Of a stretch of DNA of 40,233 bases, positions 36,933 through 40,233 are shown piece after piece. A model generated the notes under the pieces. The model did not search any database. It had not been told where the DNA came from and saw only the letters and a program-made list of their open reading frames with translations. The DNA lies in the sequence record MZ234021.1; one strand, 5' to 3'. The translations under genes were made by a program, and so were the position numbers. The stretch's first letter is position 1. The number at the start of each line of letters is the position of its first letter. This DNA comes from Escherichia phage vB_EcoP-101118UKE1.

Positions 36933-39215
36933 ATGGCTAGTAATATTGAATCAGCTCTGGCTAATCGGACTATGGGTCGTGGCAGGGCTCCGGGTAAAAC
37001 TATCGCCGTCAACTATCAAGCAGCCAGCGTTCAGGCTCCAACTGGTGACTCAGGTCTGGCTCGGGCGCTAACCAACTTCGTTGAGTCTGGTACTGGATTA
37101 TACAAGCAGTTCAAAGACGAGGAGAAGACACGGGCCGACGAGCGGTCTAACGAGATTATCCGTAAGCTTACACCTCAGCAAAGACGTGAGGCTATCCAGA
37201 ACGGTACATTGCTGTATCAGGATGACCCTTACGCTATGGAAGCACTTCGAGTCAAGACGGGCCGTAACGCTGCCTTTGCGGTTGATGACGAGATTAACGT
37301 TAAGATTCAGAACGGTGAGTTCCGTACACGTCAGGACATGGAAGAGTATCGCCACCAGAGACTTCAGGACGCCGCTAAGTCCTATGCTGAAGAGGCGGGT
37401 ATTAACCCTACCGACGAGTTCTTCCAGCGCGGGTTCAACGATAACATCACAGACCGAAACATCGCTATCTATGGGTCTTTCAATAAGTATTTCAGCAAGC
37501 AGTCTGAAGAGACAGCAATGTTGAACACTCGTATTGAGATGAACTCGTTCCTTAACGATGGGGACCTGATGCGTTCGCCTGATTCTGGAAAGACCTTCAT
37601 GGCCTACCTTCGGGATGGACTGACGACTGCTGCTATCCCTTCGGACCAGCGAGCACGAGAGGTAATCACCCAGACGGTCCGTGACGCAATCCAGAAGTCA
37701 GGAGGCTCAAACTTCCTACAGCAAGTCCGTGGTGAGCGTATCAACCTTAACGGTGTGGATGCTACAGTCGAAGAGATTGTAGGACCAGATGTCTTCAACG
37801 CTGCTATTGTAGAGGCCCAAGGTACTGAGTACAAGCTGGTGGCTAAGTATCAGGAAGACTTGTCGTTAGGCGTTCAGTCTGCGATTCTTCAGGATGACCC
37901 AACCATCGGTCTGGCCCAGATTCAGAAACTCAAGGAGCAGAACAACCTGCTTCAACCGGGTGAAGAACTCACGCCTCAGCGTCAGATGCTTATTAATGCC
38001 GAAGCCAGCTTACTGGAAGCGGTCAAGCGTAAGTCTGCTGAACAAGCGAAGGAGAACACTAAGTTAATCCAGACCCAGAACAAGCAACTGGTCATCGACC
38101 AAGTGTATCAGCGACGTCTGGCTGGTGACAACGTATCCACCAACTATGAGGACCTTCCGGTCTCTGACGCTACAGGGGAGTTCAAGCGTTCAGACATGAA
38201 CAACTATGCGTCTTCCAAGCTACAGCAGATTGACCAGATGGACATCCCTGAGGCTGCTAAGGACGCTCAGAAGGTGGCATTGTTAAGAGCTGACACTAAT
38301 AACGGTCCGTTCCGTAATGCCTTCCAGACGCTGACTCAGGACGCTGCTGGTGAGTGGCAAGCTGCGGTCATCCGTGGACAGTACGACCCAGATAAGATGC
38401 AACGCTTCGAGTCTCTTCGTCGTGCCTACACTCAGGACCCTTCAAGTTTCGCTGCTCTGTATCCTGACCAAGCTCAGTTGTTCTCTACATTCGACCAGAT
38501 GGACAAAATGGGTCTAGACCCTCAGACGATGATTGAAGCTGATAAGCAAGCTGCAAGTCAAAGCCGTGAGATGCGCATGGAGTCAGACAAGGCGTGGCAG
38601 GAGTTGAAGAACGACTCCAAGAACACCCAGTTGTCTCGCCTCCCAACGTCTCTGGACTCAAGTGCTCGTAAGGTCTGGGACTCATGGTACTATCGTACAG
38701 GTAACGCTGACGCTGCAACGCAGCAGACTCAACGCTGGCTGAATGAGAACACCGTAACGTTCCAGTCTGAAGGTTCTGACGGTAAGTCCATCGGCATGGT
38801 GTCCAAACACCAGCTTATGGTCGGGGATAACCCAGAGTCGTGGCAGGTGGGTCGAGACATTATAGACACCGCTCGTCAGCAGCTCATTAAGGCCAACCCT
38901 TGGGTAGTGAACTCTCAGTTGTCCGTTGTTGAACAGAACGGCTCTATCTTCCTCCAAGACGCTACGGGGACTATTCGTATTCGATACGATAAAGAACTTG
39001 TAGGTAAACTCTACCGCGAACAACAGCAGAAGGTACAAGATGCCGCATATGCTCAGGCAGAACGTGACGCTAACAAGCGAGCGCGTATCGTCGGGACTAA
39101 AGCTGCTGGTGACAAACGTCGAGCTGACCGAGAGGCCAACATCGAGAAGCGCGGTGGGATGTACAATGACGTCTCACTGGAGGGTATCGCAAACGCACTA
39201 ATCGGTAAGGAGTAA
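36933..39215 (+). CDS. Internal virion protein C (gp15)
   Basis: 760 aa, AGAGGAGG RBS; size and position as T7 gp15. Confidence 0.9.
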   Translation: MASNIESALANRTMGRGRAPGKTIAVNYQAASVQAPTGDSGLARALTNFVESGTGLYKQFKDEEKTRADERSNEIIRKLTPQQRREAIQNGTLLYQDDPYAMEALRVKTGRNAAFAVDDEINVKIQNGEFRTRQDMEEYRHQRLQDAAKSYAEEAGINPTDEFFQRGFNDNITDRNIAIYGSFNKYFSKQSEETAMLNTRIEMNSFLNDGDLMRSPDSGKTFMAYLRDGLTTAAIPSDQRAREVITQTVRDAIQKSGGSNFLQQVRGERINLNGVDATVEEIVGPDVFNAAIVEAQGTEYKLVAKYQEDLSLGVQSAILQDDPTIGLAQIQKLKEQNNLLQPGEELTPQRQMLINAEASLLEAVKRKSAEQAKENTKLIQTQNKQLVIDQVYQRRLAGDNVSTNYEDLPVSDATGEFKRSDMNNYASSKLQQIDQMDIPEAAKDAQKVALLRADTNNGPFRNAFQTLTQDAAGEWQAAVIRGQYDPDKMQRFESLRRAYTQDPSSFAALYPDQAQLFSTFDQMDKMGLDPQTMIEADKQAASQSREMRMESDKAWQELKNDSKNTQLSRLPTSLDSSARKVWDSWYYRTGNADAATQQTQRWLNENTVTFQSEGSDGKSIGMVSKHQLMVGDNPESWQVGRDIIDTARQQLIKANPWVVNSQLSVVEQNGSIFLQDATGTIRIRYDKELVGKLYREQQQKVQDAAYAQAERDANKRARIVGTKAAGDKRRADREANIEKRGGMYNDVSLEGIANALIGKE

Positions 39216-39217
39216 AC

Positions 39218-39667
39218 ATGAAGAACGGGACAGCCAGTGAGAGACTGGCAGAACTGTCAGCAGGTGAAGAGTCTGGCTGTATCCGATTCACAGGCCACTT
39301 AGACGGAGAAGGATACGGAAGGATAATGGTCAACAGGGTCAAATACAGAGCGCATAGACTTGCTTACGAGCTTGCTAACGGTCCTATACCAGATGGGTAC
39401 GTTGTTCGCCATAAGTGCGACAACCCGTCCTGTATAAACCCAAGACACCTTGAAGTCGGTACCCAAGCTGATAACATAAAGGATAAGGTGACTAGAGGTC
39501 GCCAAGCGTTAGGATGCTTCATAGGATCGTCTAAGCTCACTGAGGAAAGTGTGCGTGATATAAGGTCCAGCAACCTAAAGGTTTCACTTTTGGCTGAACG
39601 CTATGGAGTGAGTACGGTTTCTATTAGAAATATCTTGAGGAGAAAGACATGGCGACACGTGGAGTAA
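39218..39667 (+). CDS. HNH homing endonuclease inserted between gp15 and gp16 (paralog of 22866..23267)
   Basis: TAAGGAG RBS; RHKCDNPSCINPRHLEVGTQADN motif; 3' end overlaps gp16 start. Confidence 0.85.
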   Translation: MKNGTASERLAELSAGEESGCIRFTGHLDGEGYGRIMVNRVKYRAHRLAYELANGPIPDGYVVRHKCDNPSCINPRHLEVGTQADNIKDKVTRGRQALGCFIGSSKLTEESVRDIRSSNLKVSLLAERYGVSTVSIRNILRRKTWRHVE

Positions 39668-40233
39668 GGAACTCAAACCCCGGGAACCTCCGTAAGTCCA
39701 AAGACCAATGGGAAGGTGCTATAGGGGATGATGGTGAATTCGTTATCTTCGACAGCCCTGAATCCGGGGTCCGAGCCTTAGCAAAAAACCTTCAAAGCTA
39801 CGGGCGCCAAGGCTATGACTCAATCGAGAAGATTATCAACCGTTGGGCACCTCCGAACGAGAACGACACTCAGTCCTACATCGACTCGGTTGTATCTGCG
39901 ACTGGTATTCCAGCCACACAGAGTCTCGACCTATCGGACCCTGACACCCTGTCTTCTCTGGCTCAAGCTATCAGCTTCCATGAGACAGGATCCCGGTACG
40001 ACCCAGAAGTCTATCAGAAGGGAGTCGCACGAGCACTCAATGGCATTAGCCCAAAGACTCCACCAGTAAGCGCTAACGTATTTGACGCACTCACGGAAGG
40101 ACTCAAGGCTAAACCTAAAGTAGCTCTGGGTGAGAACCTTCCGACCGCTGCTGGTATGAACATTGAGGGTCAAGCACCTGAAGCTCCCAACGAATCGTTC
40201 GGTGAGATGTTCTATAAGGCTACTGGCGAGACC
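39649..40233 (+). CDS. Internal virion (ejection) protein gp16, N-terminal 195 aa (partial; continues in frame at window position 1)
   Basis: GAGGAG RBS, ATG 39649, open to window end; last residues FYKATGET align with T7 gp16 FWETHGET just before the segment at 1..3303. Confidence 0.85.
   Translation, partial: MATRGVRNSNPGNLRKSKDQWEGAIGDDGEFVIFDSPESGVRALAKNLQSYGRQGYDSIEKIINRWAPPNENDTQSYIDSVVSATGIPATQSLDLSDPDTLSSLAQAISFHETGSRYDPEVYQKGVARALNGISPKTPPVSANVFDALTEGLKAKPKVALGENLPTAAGMNIEGQAPEAPNESFGEMFYKATGET

Overview
This 40,233-bp window reads as one complete T7-like (Autographiviridae, T7/T3-type) lytic podophage genome in circular permutation. All credible genes are on the + strand in canonical T7 order. 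Gene 16 is split by the window boundary (39649..40233 continues in frame into 1..3303), so the true genome ends lie internally. From 1: gp16 C-terminal part, tail fiber gp17, holin, small terminase, Rz/Rz1 spanins, an HNH endonuclease, large terminase, then a ~1.45-kb non-coding terminal region (8873-10326) with the apparent terminal repeat, heptamer repeat arrays and sigma70-type early promoters. Next come the early genes (Ocr-like gp0.3 plus several unassigned small proteins; no gp0.7-type kinase seen), RNA polymerase, gp1.1/1.2, ligase, gp2, SSB, endonuclease I, lysozyme/amidase, primase-helicase, DNA polymerase, gp5.5/5.7, exonuclease, gp6.7/7/7.3, portal, scaffold, capsid (with a -1 frameshift extension), Tphi terminator, tail tubular gp11/gp12, internal virion proteins gp13-15 and the gp16 N-terminus. 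Eleven copies of a phage-RNAP promoter (core ACTATCACTATAGG, two slightly divergent) are present, distinct from the T7, T3, SP6 and K11 consensus. The most notable non-canonical content is a remodelled early region, four HNH homing-endonuclease genes, a tail fiber with a beta-helix-like C-terminal region, a divergent gp16 N-terminal domain and several insertions of unknown function. All protein identities rest on my recollection of T7 protein sequences, motifs and synteny; no database search was possible.
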